Assembly: GCA_020891255.1 (NCBI GenBank)
Contig: BQFW01000007.1
Location: 1,798,001 to 1,862,000, forward strand
From: Entomortierella parvispora E1425
Lineage: Eukaryota; Fungi; Mortierellomycota
DNA: 64,000 bases
Direction: 5' to 3'
The position numbers were made by a program, and so were the translations under genes. Shown in pieces: positions 43,770-54,640 of this stretch; position 1 is the first letter of the stretch; every line of letters begins with the position of its first letter. The notes under the pieces were generated by a model. The model saw nothing but the letters and a program-made list of their open reading frames with translations, made no database searches and had not been told where the DNA came from.

Positions 43770-46027
43770 TCAATGGTCGGTCTTGGGATTCTTCTTTTGT
43801 TCCTTCTCCACCTTCTGGTCCAGACCAGTAGCCTGTTTGCCAGCCTCCGAGTGCTGGGGCCACACGTATTCCTGTTGTCCGCGCGAGTACCCATGCTTGG
43901 CCACAAACTCAGACACACCTTCAGGACCCCGGCTTCCAAACGCGTACACTGTAGGGTCAATCTCACCCTGATCGATCGTCTTCAAGATAGGCGTAAAGAT
44001 CTTCCAAGCCGCATCCAGCTCATCATCACGCACAAAGTTGGAGTGGTCTTCGTTCAATGCATCCAAAATCAATGACTCGTACGCTTCTGGGATCACGGAA
44101 TCATTGAACCGGCTCGAGTACGACAAATCCAGATCAGAGATGATGGTCTTCATTCCCAAACCAGGCTCCTTGTTCATCATCTTGACGTACACGGCCTCGT
44201 TGGGTTGGACACGGATCACAATCTCATTGCGGGACAGGTTCGTGAACAGGCTGCCGCTCACGTCCTTGAACTGGATTCGGATTTCAGTTTTTTGTTGGTC
44301 CAAGGCCTTACCACACTTGAGGACGAATGGGACTCCAGACCAACGCTCGTTGTGGATGTAAAGGGTCGCGGCAGCATAGGTCGGGGTCTTACTGCCCTTG
44401 GGCACAGTCTTGTCGTCGAGGTAGCCAGGCTCTTTACCATCCACTGACTTGCCATACTGACCCAAGAGAACATCCTCTTTCTCGATGGGAGGGATGACTC
44501 GAAGGACTTTGACCTAATTGAGAACACGACAAAGAAGGGATGTAACACGTCAGTTCCGGGTTTGTATCGATACATTGTCCTGGTACTGCCGTTTGGTTTG
44601 AGCATTGCTGTCTCGGTGTCTGGCAAAATAATGTCCGCTCCCCAAAAAAAAGGTTGATTCGCACTCTAATCCTGAGTAATCTTATCATCAATCTCCCTCG
44701 GCTAAAGACGCTCGCCGACTGGGTAATGACGACACTTCAAGAACCTTCATTACCTTCTCATCACGGACATCTTCTGCTCCAAGCGATACGGGTGGCTCCA
44801 TGGCAACCAGGGTCAGGATCTGCAGCAGATCTATTGCCCCGTTTGAGCGGGATAGCAGGATAGCGGGATAGCGGGATAGCGGGATAAAAGCGCCGTTAGC
44901 TACTTTTTAGCAACGCTTTTCATTCACCACAAGGAAACATGGGCCAGAAAGCAGATTGCATGTCCCTCGTCCTTTAACTTACGGTTCTGCATCACATCGC
45001 GAATGATACCAAACTCATCAAAGTAACCTCCTCGGCCCTCGGTACCAATCTTTTCCTTGAACGTGATCTGGATATTGTCGATGCTGTGACGATTCCAGAC
45101 TGACCCAAAGATAACGTTGGCAAACCTGAGGATCATCAAGTTCTTGACCATCTCCTTTCCAAGGTAGTGGTCGATACGGTAAATCTGTAAGTAAAGCAGG
45201 GAGAAAGATGTATACAAATTGCATAGTGAAGGGGAGGTAAAGGCAGAAAAAGTGGTAAGTAAAAGTACAACGACAGAGACAGCAACGAGATTATAATTTC
45301 CCCCTTGCGTGTCATCATGTAGAACATGACATTATTTCTTCGTACCTCCTCTTCCGTGAACAAGGCGCCCAGCTCTTTCGCCAACTTTCGAGAGCTGTCA
45401 AGATCCATTCCGAAAGGCTTCTCGACAATCAGACGGGTCACCACGCCCTTCCGATAGTTGTTCTTCTTCAGACTCGTGGCCACAGGGATAAAGACCGAAG
45501 GAGGCAAGGCCATGTAGAACAAACGGGCGGTTGCTCCAGAGGTCTTTTCGACATCTTGGATCTCTTTTTCCAAGACCTGGAAATCCTGATCCTTGTCGTA
45601 TTGACCGTCCTGGTAGGAGCACAACTTGAGGAATTGGCTCAACGCCGCCTTGTCTTCCTCCGTCTTGATCTTGATGTACTTGGAAACATGGCCCTCAAAG
45701 GTGGCCTGGTCCATCTTTGTACGGGCATAGCCAATGATGTGTGTTTTCTGGTCTAGATACTTGTTCTTGTAGAGCCCAAAGAGCGCAGGGAAGGTCTTTT
45801 TCTTGGCCAGATCGCCGGACGCTCCAAGAACTAAGGGTGGTCAAGATGAAGGGACAAGGAATTAATCGAAGAAAGGGTCAGTTTGGAGAGAACAGGGGGG
45901 CGTGGGAGTCAGTTGGAAAGAGGACGGACGCGTTCAGCGATAAATAAACGTTCACGTTACCGACGACCGTGTAGAGGTGTTTGACGTCGCCTTTAGCGGC
46001 CTTGGGAGCGGGGGCAGAGGAGGACAT
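43770..46027 (-). CDS. ZWF1: Glucose-6-phosphate 1-dehydrogenase
   Basis: [86 protein letters not shown]. Confidence 0.97.
44847..44886. repeat. Intronic 8-bp tandem repeat (GGGATAGC), about 4.7 copies
   Basis: gcgggatagcaggatagcgggatagcgggatagcgggata inside a G6PD intron. Confidence 0.85.
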
Positions 46028-46442
46028 TGTTGGCAGGAGGGGTGTTGCTGTTGTAGGGTTGACTGAAATGAGGAATGGAACAAGGGAATGAAGGAATGAA
46101 TGAGAACGTGGAATGAAGGAAGAAAGAAAAGAGAAAGTGGGCCAGTGGACGCAGAGTGAAAAGAAAGGCGATCCGAGACTGAGAGAACAAGTCTTCGCAC
46201 CCACTCCGTTCCCCTAGCCCACGGCGTCATCGTCCTCCACGCGGAAGCGGATTGGCGGGATGAAGAGCAGCCTGTGCGCAAAGCAAATGCATTTTGCTTT
46301 TGTCTTGGTCTCTTCTCTCTTCGTTCTTCGTTCCTGCTTGATAGAGTGGCTTCGTTCGTCGTATTTAGAGGGTCACTTGGCTCAAAGTTGTATGTTTTTT
46401 TATTATGAGTATCACGGCCTGCATTGAGGAGCCTCGACTTGC

Positions 46443-49400
46443 CTAGGGCACTACGTTCGACGGCAAAGAAAGCGCCACGAGTACCAGGATATCCCCGGTA
46501 TTTTTGCCCGTGTTCTTCAAATCCTTGGCCACATCCTGCCAGTATTCTCCATGTCTAGGTTCTGATGCTTTACACCGTACGATCAGCTCCTTTCTTCTCG
46601 CGTCATCCCCATGTTCCGTCTCAAACTTGTAGTGCCAGGCCCAGGCGTCACCCAAATCAGAGTCCGCCACCTCCGCCTTCAAGAACCATGTCCTTGCCTT
46701 CTCCACCTGTCGATCCGCCCAGAATATCCTTGCAGCCGTGATCAGCACATGTGCAGAGTTCTCAGACTTCTTGAGCGCATCTACAATCTTGCCCTTGCGT
46801 TGTGCTCGCGTCTCGAGCCACACGGATTCTGACCAAAGCAATCCCGACGAGGGACATTCTTGAACTGCTTTAGCCATCAGTGTCTTGCCCATATTGACGT
46901 TATTTCCACGCAACTCGATCCTAATGGATTCCAGCCTAAGATTGGTCAAAGTGAAAGAGACAGAGCAACTCGTTAGGATCCTCTCAAGATAACAATTTTT
47001 CGGGGATCTGAAAGGAGAAAATATATGCACAGATGAGGAACCCGACGTACCATAGCTCGGGCGATTTGGGGTTAAGCAAACGGCCACGCTCCATCTTGGC
47101 TCTTGCCTTAATAAGCAAGCCCGCCCGTTCTTCCAGCCGCGCGGCCATGATCCACAGGGGTACACTCTTGGCGCAATGGCCCAATGCCTTTGTAAAATTC
47201 TCTCTCGCCTTTTGATTGTCGCCCCGATCTACCAGAATCTGGCCACGGATCATCCACAGTTTCTCGGCCGTCGGATACTTGACCAATCCCTGATCCAGCA
47301 ACTGAAGAGCTTCGGTAATTTTGCCCAGCTGGCGCTCTAACACTGCAGACTTCATCCAGACCTTCATTGTATCAGCCTTCACTCGTGCATTGGCCAACAG
47401 CATCTCAGCACGGGCATGCTCTCCATTCTCAGCCTCCAGCTTCACAGCTGCCAGCCAAATCTGCTCACTGTTTGGATTCGCCACGAACGCTGCGTCCAGA
47501 ATAGCACGGGCTCCCGGCACATCTCCCTAGAAGGAGAAAAGTTGTAAAAGCCACTGTTAGTAACGCAATTTACCTCAATTGGTAATCCATCTGAATTTGC
47601 AAGCATCGTTCCAAAACTTACTCCAAGCCACTTTTCCTTTGCTCCCATGAGCCACAGAAACTCTGCGTGAGGGCAGAATTTCACAGAGCGCATCAGCAGC
47701 TCTTCCAAAGACGTAGCAGTTCCATGGGACTTTTCCAACAATGCAGCCCTGCGCCAGATAGACTTCTTGGATGGAAAAGTCTTCAAAGCGTGAGCGTAGA
47801 TTGCGCGCGCAGTATCATAAGCCTTGTTCGAAATCGCGCTCTCTGCATCTTCCATCCATGTCGATTTGAAATCAGGCTCTTCCAGCCCCATGCCAATAGT
47901 GGCCCGAACGATCGCTTGACAAGTTTTCACATAGCCATTCTTTTCGCACTTCTCTGCCTCTGTCAGCCAATCATCGCGGCTCAAGGCGGACTCGTGCATG
48001 GAGAGAGACTTGACACCCACTCCGACTAGTCGCTCCAGTCTGTCCGCATCCGCATTGTTGGCCTCCTGTAAACAAAAGGCAGTGATCCAGATCTCGTGTG
48101 AAGTCGGGATCATCTTGCGGGCATTGTTGAGAACCTTTTGAGCATTCTCATAAGTTTCCAGGCGAGCGAGGGCAATCCATAATTCGACAGATTGAGGGAC
48201 CAGTTCCACTGCGCGAGCAAGCAAAATTCGAGCGTTGTTCGGGTCGTCCTCCATTTCGATGGCTTCCTTCCAGAGCACCAACGAGTTTGGCACCAGATCG
48301 AGTGCACGTCGAATGACCGTCTTCTTTGTCTTCATAGTTGTTTCCAGCTTCACTGCCGTTTGCCAAATTTTGACTGACTGTGGAATCTGCTTGATGGCAC
48401 TTGCCAAAATCTTCTTTGCGTTGTCCGCATTATTCATGCGAGCAGCCTCAAGCCAAACATCTTCCGAAGTTGGACACATCTGACAGCCTTTGTCGATAAT
48501 ATGGCGAGCCTCTGTCAGTTTTCCAGCAAGCTCCTCCAAACGTGCGGCACCGATCCAACCAGGTGCGTGCTTTGGATTTGTGGTAATAACAGACTTCATC
48601 AAAAGTCGAGCCTTCTTCAAATCTCCAATTTCTGTCGCACTCTTGACAATAATACTGTTCAGGTCCGTCAGATATCCTTTTGGGTCAATAGTTGTTGATC
48701 CTGATGCTGAGTCTGCCATGCGATCCAATCGAAGTCCAAGAACCTGCTTGTTGGCCTCTCCAATCTCCCTGAAATTGGTCATTGTTCCGGGAGCTGGCGT
48801 GACGAGTCCATTTGGCTAGAAGATGACATAATCGCAGGGCAATATTAGTTTTTGTAGATCAAAGGCATTACTTAGCAATCGATAGCATTTGGTCATCCTA
48901 GCAGAAAAGATTGTAGTTGTACCTGTAGATCCAATGTAGTCGCCATCTCTTCTTGGGCTCGAGGAAGAAGCGAGTCTGGCACAGGTGCAAACTTCTCACG
49001 TAAACTGGCCTTTTTCCTGTTCCTGCCCGCAATATTAGCTACCTCGGGCAAGTTTTCCCACTCTTCAGCCGACACTGCGTTCAATCCTCGCTTCAGATCC
49101 GCAAACTGGTCCTGGATTTTGGGGCGTTCCTTGATCAGTCTTTCCTGTTCTTCTTTCTCGCGCGCCTCCCTTAAAGGATGATAGTTCATTCTATGATTAG
49201 TCTCCATCGTAGATACATGATAACTTTTTTTTTTTTTTTTTTTTTTTTTTGCGGAAATTCACCTTCTTGCTTTCGTTCTCTCGCTCAGCTTGGCATCAAC
49301 AGCATCATAGATCTGATCTGCTTCGGCATCATCTGCTTCATAAGGCGCCGCGTTGAACAGTCCGGTTTCGTTATCTGGATCCTGGTATCTTTCATCGTCA

Positions 49401-49770
49401 TCATCCCCATTTTCGGCAGCCTTTCTCTTCGCCTGCTCCTGAAGTCGAGCAATATCTCTAAGAAAGAAAGAAATAGTAAGCCGGTGATACTTGAATACTC
49501 CATCTCTGCCACCACACCACCGTTTCAGACTGACTCCTTACGCTTCTGTTGGTCCTTCGCGTGCAGGTCCGATATCTGAACGGGTTGTGAACCCTGTGGC
49601 TCTTTGGAAAGAGAAGAAGGGCAATGTTAGTGGAGGGACCTGATTGGCATGAAATTAGAACACGACCCTCTAGCAATCGGTGCATGCATTTGGTGTTACC
49701 CTCGGCCAAGACCGGCAATGTAGCCAGGTGGGGCTGGCTTGCCCATAAAGTCCTTTGTCGCGCCAAACAT
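46443..49770 (-). CDS. PRP6: Pre-mRNA splicing factor Prp6 (HAT/TPR repeats)
   Basis: MFGATKDFMGKPAPPGYIAGLGRG|ATGFTTRSDIGPAR, IDPKGYLTDL, TNPKHAPGWIGAARLE, HAT repeats and EPRHGEYWQ. Confidence 0.96.
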
Positions 49771-49853
49771 GACGAGGTTGGTGGAGCAATGTGGAGAAGG
49801 AGAGAGTTGACAGATTCAGTCAGGTCCCAACGCATCTCAAAGGAGGCTTGGAC

Positions 49854-50375
49854 GGGCCTCGCTACTGGGCAAGAGTGGCTTAGACTAGTTTTCACAATGA
49901 TTCACAAAAATCACAATTACGACGATCGACATGTCACGGAGTATCAACATGTTTGAAAGTTGTAGCATGTCGCCTGCCCTTTTGCCTTTGGAACAAGAGC
50001 TTTTTCTTACCCAATTCTACTATAAAATAGGTAACGCCATTTTGTTAGTATCGCTGGGGGTGAGTATGCTCTCCTGCTGCTGGATCTATTGCCGAGGCTT
50101 GCAGGGGGTACAGTATCTCCTGGAGTTGAAGCCTGATTCATTCTTTGTTGTTGCATGTTGGCCAGATGAAAACACCAGACCTACGTTGCGTGAGCACCAT
50201 CGTTATTGTGCATGAGAGTTGCTCCTAGCTGGATATCAACAAGGGGCCCTTTCGCTCAGATAAACCAAACGGGTGCAACAAAGGATGCATTCATTCAACG
50301 CTGTGAAATGATTCACAGGTGTTCAATATTCTCAAAATAGTGACTGTGGATTATCCTGGACGAATAAGTACACTC
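49854..50375 (-). mobile_element. 522-bp non-autonomous, ORF-less ('ghost') derivative of the 33846-40882 element, inverted
   Basis: 50375-50153 aligns to 33846-34064 and 50091-49854 aligns to 40568-40882 (roughly 80-90% identity by eye). Flanks ATCCGATCC / GTCCAAGCC match at 6/9, consistent with a decayed 9-bp TSD. Confidence 0.88.
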
Positions 50376-50779
50376 GGATCGGATGATATGATCACGTGCC
50401 TTTTTTGGATCAAAAAAAGTTGTATTTCAGGGTATAGGATCGCAGTGGGTCGTGGTCGTAGGGGCTGTAAAAGGATGGGGACGTCAGCAAGGCAGCGAGG
50501 CGACTTTAGGCTACATGGCGAAAGCAAAGCCAGCGCGATAGCAGTCTGACCCTCCTTTGTCCAGTCGCGCTCGAGCGCTTGCTGCTCTGCCATGGAATTA
50601 TGGTCGTCCTGCTTGACCGATCGATGAACGCGCAGTAGCGCCATTGATGATGTTGTCCAGACAGGGATTGAAAGTGAACGTAAAAGGCATGAAAGGTCGC
50701 AATTAAGCAAAGTAAACGCAAGGAACGGAAAATAGGAAAATGAATGAACGAAGGAAAGAAACAACATGACAAAACGAGG

Positions 50780-51394
50780 TCATTTCGGAGAGTTGTTTGG
50801 GAAATCGTCGGCCTTGGGCGCGTCATCTGAACCCTCCACGATGGCATTTCGACGTCTGAACGTGTATTCCGAAGGCTGGTCACCATCGGTGGCGTCTCCA
50901 CCTCCTGGGCTCATGTCAGCTGGTGCGGTCCCTCCAGCGCCTCCGCCTCCACCTCCAGCGCCTCCAATGTTACTATGCGTTCTAGCGCCAAAGAGGTTGT
51001 TACTAATGGAGTGTCGAAGTTGCCGAGACGAATATGTCAGGGACTCGTATGGGTCACTGGGCTGGAAGGCTGACAAGGGCGAACCTGCTCTCTCCATGCG
51101 CTCGACTACTGGCGGAAGAGGGAGCATCCCAGGGCTCGATGAGGATTGAACTGGCATTGCCTCAAACGCGAGAGCAAACGGGGAAGCCCCATTTGACAGG
51201 ATCAAAGAACACAAGCCCTCGGTCCTGTGCTCCTGAGCTTGTCCCTGAAGAAACCGGCGTCGATGGACTGTGCTGGAAAAGGTCTTTTGGTAGTCAAAGT
51301 CGGACAGGGATGACGAGAACCCGGTGTGGTGACACATGCTGCTAACGGAGGCTGATTCATAGACCGATGACCCGCAGTGCTCTCGGCGATGCAT
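50780..51394 (-). CDS. Small disordered protein ending in YTFRRRNAIVEG; function unknown
   Basis: Open frame of about 204 aa, S/G/P-rich. The C-terminal about 125 aa look protein-like. The 5' end and any introns are uncertain. Confidence 0.5.
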   Translation of the reverse strand: MHRREHCGSSVYESASVSSMCHHTGFSSSLSDFDYQKTFSSTVHRRRFLQGQAQEHRTEGLCSLILSNGASPFALAFEAMPVQSSSSPGMLPLPPVVERMERAGSPLSAFQPSDPYESLTYSSRQLRHSISNNLFGARTHSNIGGAGGGGGGAGGTAPADMSPGGGDATDGDQPSEYTFRRRNAIVEGSDDAPKADDFPNNSPK

Positions 51395-52746
51395 CTGGCT
51401 TTTGCGTTCACTCATCCGTCGCACACGAACACAATGTACACGTCGCGCTGGCATGGAAAGATTCTCTTGATGGCTCCTGCTCCAGTGATTGGTCATTTAG
51501 AAAGAAAAGGATTGCTGCGACGAGATGTGTTGTCGCTTGTACGGCCTTGATGAGAAAGATGAGACGAGAAAAGGCTAAGAGGGCAAAGGGTACAAGAACA
51601 AAGTCGAGTTGAAAAGAAAGCTGGTCAGCAAAAGGAATGAAAAAAGACGACACCAGGGGACAAGGAGGCCAGCACTTTCTCCTTTTTTTGTGTCTGCCGT
51701 GCCGTGCCATTGGCATCTATGCAGACAAAAAAGACATGCTGCCCGAGTCCTGTTCTCTGCAGAGGCAATAACAGTGCCCAATCACCAATTGCGCGCGCGA
51801 TCTCTCCGCGACCCTTGGCTGCAGGTCGGTCAGTTTTCCAAGGTCTCCTGCAACCCCACCACAATGCGACCTCGAGGTCAAGATAAAGACAACACGCTGA
51901 TCGCACTTTGTATACCCACACACAGCAGCTCCCTGGCTGACGGGATGATTTGGGATGGTGGCGTCGCTGTACCTTGCTGAACTCCCAAAGGATGAAAAAA
52001 ATCCAAAGATCCAGAAATGCGGGGAATAAGAAGAACGTGTCAAGATGTGGGGGAAGAAGGTCTGCTGGAGCAGTGACAGGCTGATGACGATAGTGAAAGT
52101 ACTAAACGCAGTGCTTGTTGTTCGGTTTTGTTTGTGTAGATGCCTAGGTGAAGCGAAGAGGAGGTGCAGATGGGAGGGAGACAGAAGGAGAGAAGAGAAG
52201 GAGAAAGAGGAAAAAGGAAAATGGAAAAAGAAAGGAAAAGAAAAGGATGAGTTGGGAGGGCGACCGACTCGCTGAGCTTGTTGGTTCGTCCCATCGTCGT
52301 CTTTTTGACTCCTTTCTGTCCTGGGATAGGCCTCTTTCCCTTTCGTCATCATCTTCTCTCCTCTCTCTTGTTCACTCTCTTTCTTTGTCTCCCTTCATCC
52401 TCAAATCCCAAGGACGTTTACATGCAGTGCAGACACTGACGCTGTTTGTTGATGTTCATCAAACAAACTCGAACGCCTTGATTGATTCAAAGGCTGGAAA
52501 GAACGCAACTCGAGGCGGAGGTGGGGCCGCCAAGGTGCGCCCTCCGCCTGCCAGTCTGCCCGCGGGATGGCGTGGAATGCGGGTGGGTGGGAAGGGACTG
52601 AGGAAGAGGAGGATGAAAATTAAAAAAAGAGACGCATCCATTCGCCATCCAAGGTTCTTTTCTACGGTGGAGCGACGGCTGGTTGGTTCGTTTGCGCTTG
52701 GATGGAGGGAATGGAATCGATGCGGGAAATCTTTGTGTTCGCTTTT

Positions 52747-52776
52747 TGTGTGTGTGTGTGTGTGTGTGCGTGTGTG
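52747..52776. repeat. (TG)n microsatellite
   Basis: tgtgtgtgtgtgtgtgtgtgtgcgtgtgtg. Confidence 0.9.
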
Positions 52777-54640
52777 ATTCCCCTGCTCTGCTCTCTGTCC
52801 AATCCCCCCTTCCTTCCCCTCGCCTTTCATCTCTTCCCCTGCAACGGTTCATTCTCTCCTTCTCTGTCCTTCTTTCTTCTAGGTAAAGATGGAACCACAG
52901 GGGTTCAACGGCACTCACCTTCTGAAAATCTGAATCTGGACTGAGAACGTTCGAAAGAGTGATGGGTGTTGATTTTGCTTTGTTTTGATTGCTCTAATGG
53001 CCAGGGCAACGGTAGACCAGATCGAGTGATTGTTGAGAAAAGGGGTTTTGAGTCTGTTCAGGGGGCGGATTGCGTGCTTATGAGGACAGACAGACGATCA
53101 AGGGAACGACAAGTGTCTAAGAGTTCAAAGGTAGGGATGAGGAGAAAAAGAGAGAGAAAAAGAGAGAGAAGAGAGAAGGAGGGAAATAACTGGACAGAGA
53201 GATGAGAAGGAGAGGAGGAAGAGAGCCATCATCTATCGAGCAGTGAGAAAGTCAGTGAGAGACGGGTGTGTGCTCTCATCCTCTGTTTGTTTTGCCTTCC
53301 CTCCGCCCATTCATTCACTTGGCCATCATGCAAGATGTTATGCAAGGTAACCATGTCCCTTCTCTACAAAGGTCAAAGAATGAACGGATCGAAATATAAA
53401 AAAATAAAAAATAAACCGATGGGATGGGTTCCCGCCACGGGTGCTGGTACTCTTTCCCCTGTATTGTAACATACCCAACTTTCCCGCTTGAATGCTGAAT
53501 GCTCGCCTTTCTGTTTAAGGACCATTGCTACCATGGCCACAAAATGATCATCCTCTTGATCTTTGCCGCCATTTCTTCAGTGCACTGGACATAGAATATC
53601 TTTGATACTGCATTGTCATGAGCGGGACGCACGTGCTTCTGGTCAAAGGTCTGCTCAGTCCCGAGATGGCGAATGCAAGACTCTGCGAGGCATGCAGCCC
53701 CGTATGCCAATACATTCGGGAGTGGAAGGAGTGCTCACCACCCTCGCCTGGCGCTGCAAAATGCAGATCTCCAACAGTCGACTCTTGCTGGGATGGTGCA
53801 CTATCGCACTGTGGAGAGGCAACAAAAGCGAAACTTCAGCCTCACCACACTCGCACCACACCAGGGGAGGGGACAGAGGAAAAGAAGCAAACTCAATTAC
53901 TGTCCTCAAGCTGATCACGCAAACAGGCCGTTGGAGCACCGAGCGTCCCTGACTTGACCCACAACCTTTTTGTGTAACGCGGCGTGTTTGGTCTCTTGTC
54001 TCTTTGCCACATCACTGCGATTCGTTTCAACTTGCAGAGTCAAAGTCAGGAGAAGGGCAAGGTGTGCCCAAAGCTAAAGATCCGGAAAGTGAGTGCGAGA
54101 GTGAATGGAAAAACGTGGGTGCATCAAGGCCCTCATTAACCCTATCTCTCCCATCCAAAAGAAAAAAAAGGATCCCAGTCTATTCCTGGCCCATTGCTCG
54201 GACATACATCCACCAAGGTTGCATGTCAGCGGAACGGGTGTCTAACTAGTCTTTCATATCTCTGTTGGCAAGCCTGCACCATTGGCGAGAGCTCTCTCCT
54301 CTCATATCTTGAAGCTCTCGACCGATGTGGGACATGGGCTTGTTGACCTCTTTTCTTTTCATTTCCCAACATCCGATGCAGTTTGCTCTCAATGCTGTGA
54401 GGCTCCGTTGTTGTTTTCGACCTTTTTTTTTTTTTTTTTTTTTACCAACTGGGGGCTCATTCCCTCGTTCACCATTTTGACAGCAGTCTTGCCGCTTGTT
54501 TGTGCCAGGACGATTGGGGTCTCATGTCAAGAGAGGTTCACGCATGCGCCACCAAATAATAGCAAGTGAAAAAAAAAAAAATTATCCTTGTCGTCTTGGT
54601 CTTGGCTCCTACAACTTTTGACACCTACAACAACTACACC

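Noticed and set aside
4642-49770. Functional clustering of spliceosomal genes (SNU23, PRP6) or mitochondrial genes (TOM7, EngB)
   Set aside because: SNU23 and PRP6 are 41 kb apart among unrelated genes. The TOM7/EngB head-to-head pairing (235 bp) is ordinary in a compact genome.
33846-50375. A 16.5-kb Pack-MULE-like macro-element bounded by the about 220-bp inverted repeats (33846-34064 and 50153-50375), carrying SEC11, ABZ2-like, G6PD and PRP6
   Set aside because: The outer flanks (CCTTGGTCG vs GGATCGGAT) are not a duplication, while each of the two separate elements has its own TSD. The inverted repeats are simply two left ends. They could still promote ectopic inversion.
53528-53957. Possible transposase or pseudogene remnant (AHDNA resembling Tc1 DNA motifs)
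   Set aside because: There is no flanking DDE context, no repeats and no consistent frame.
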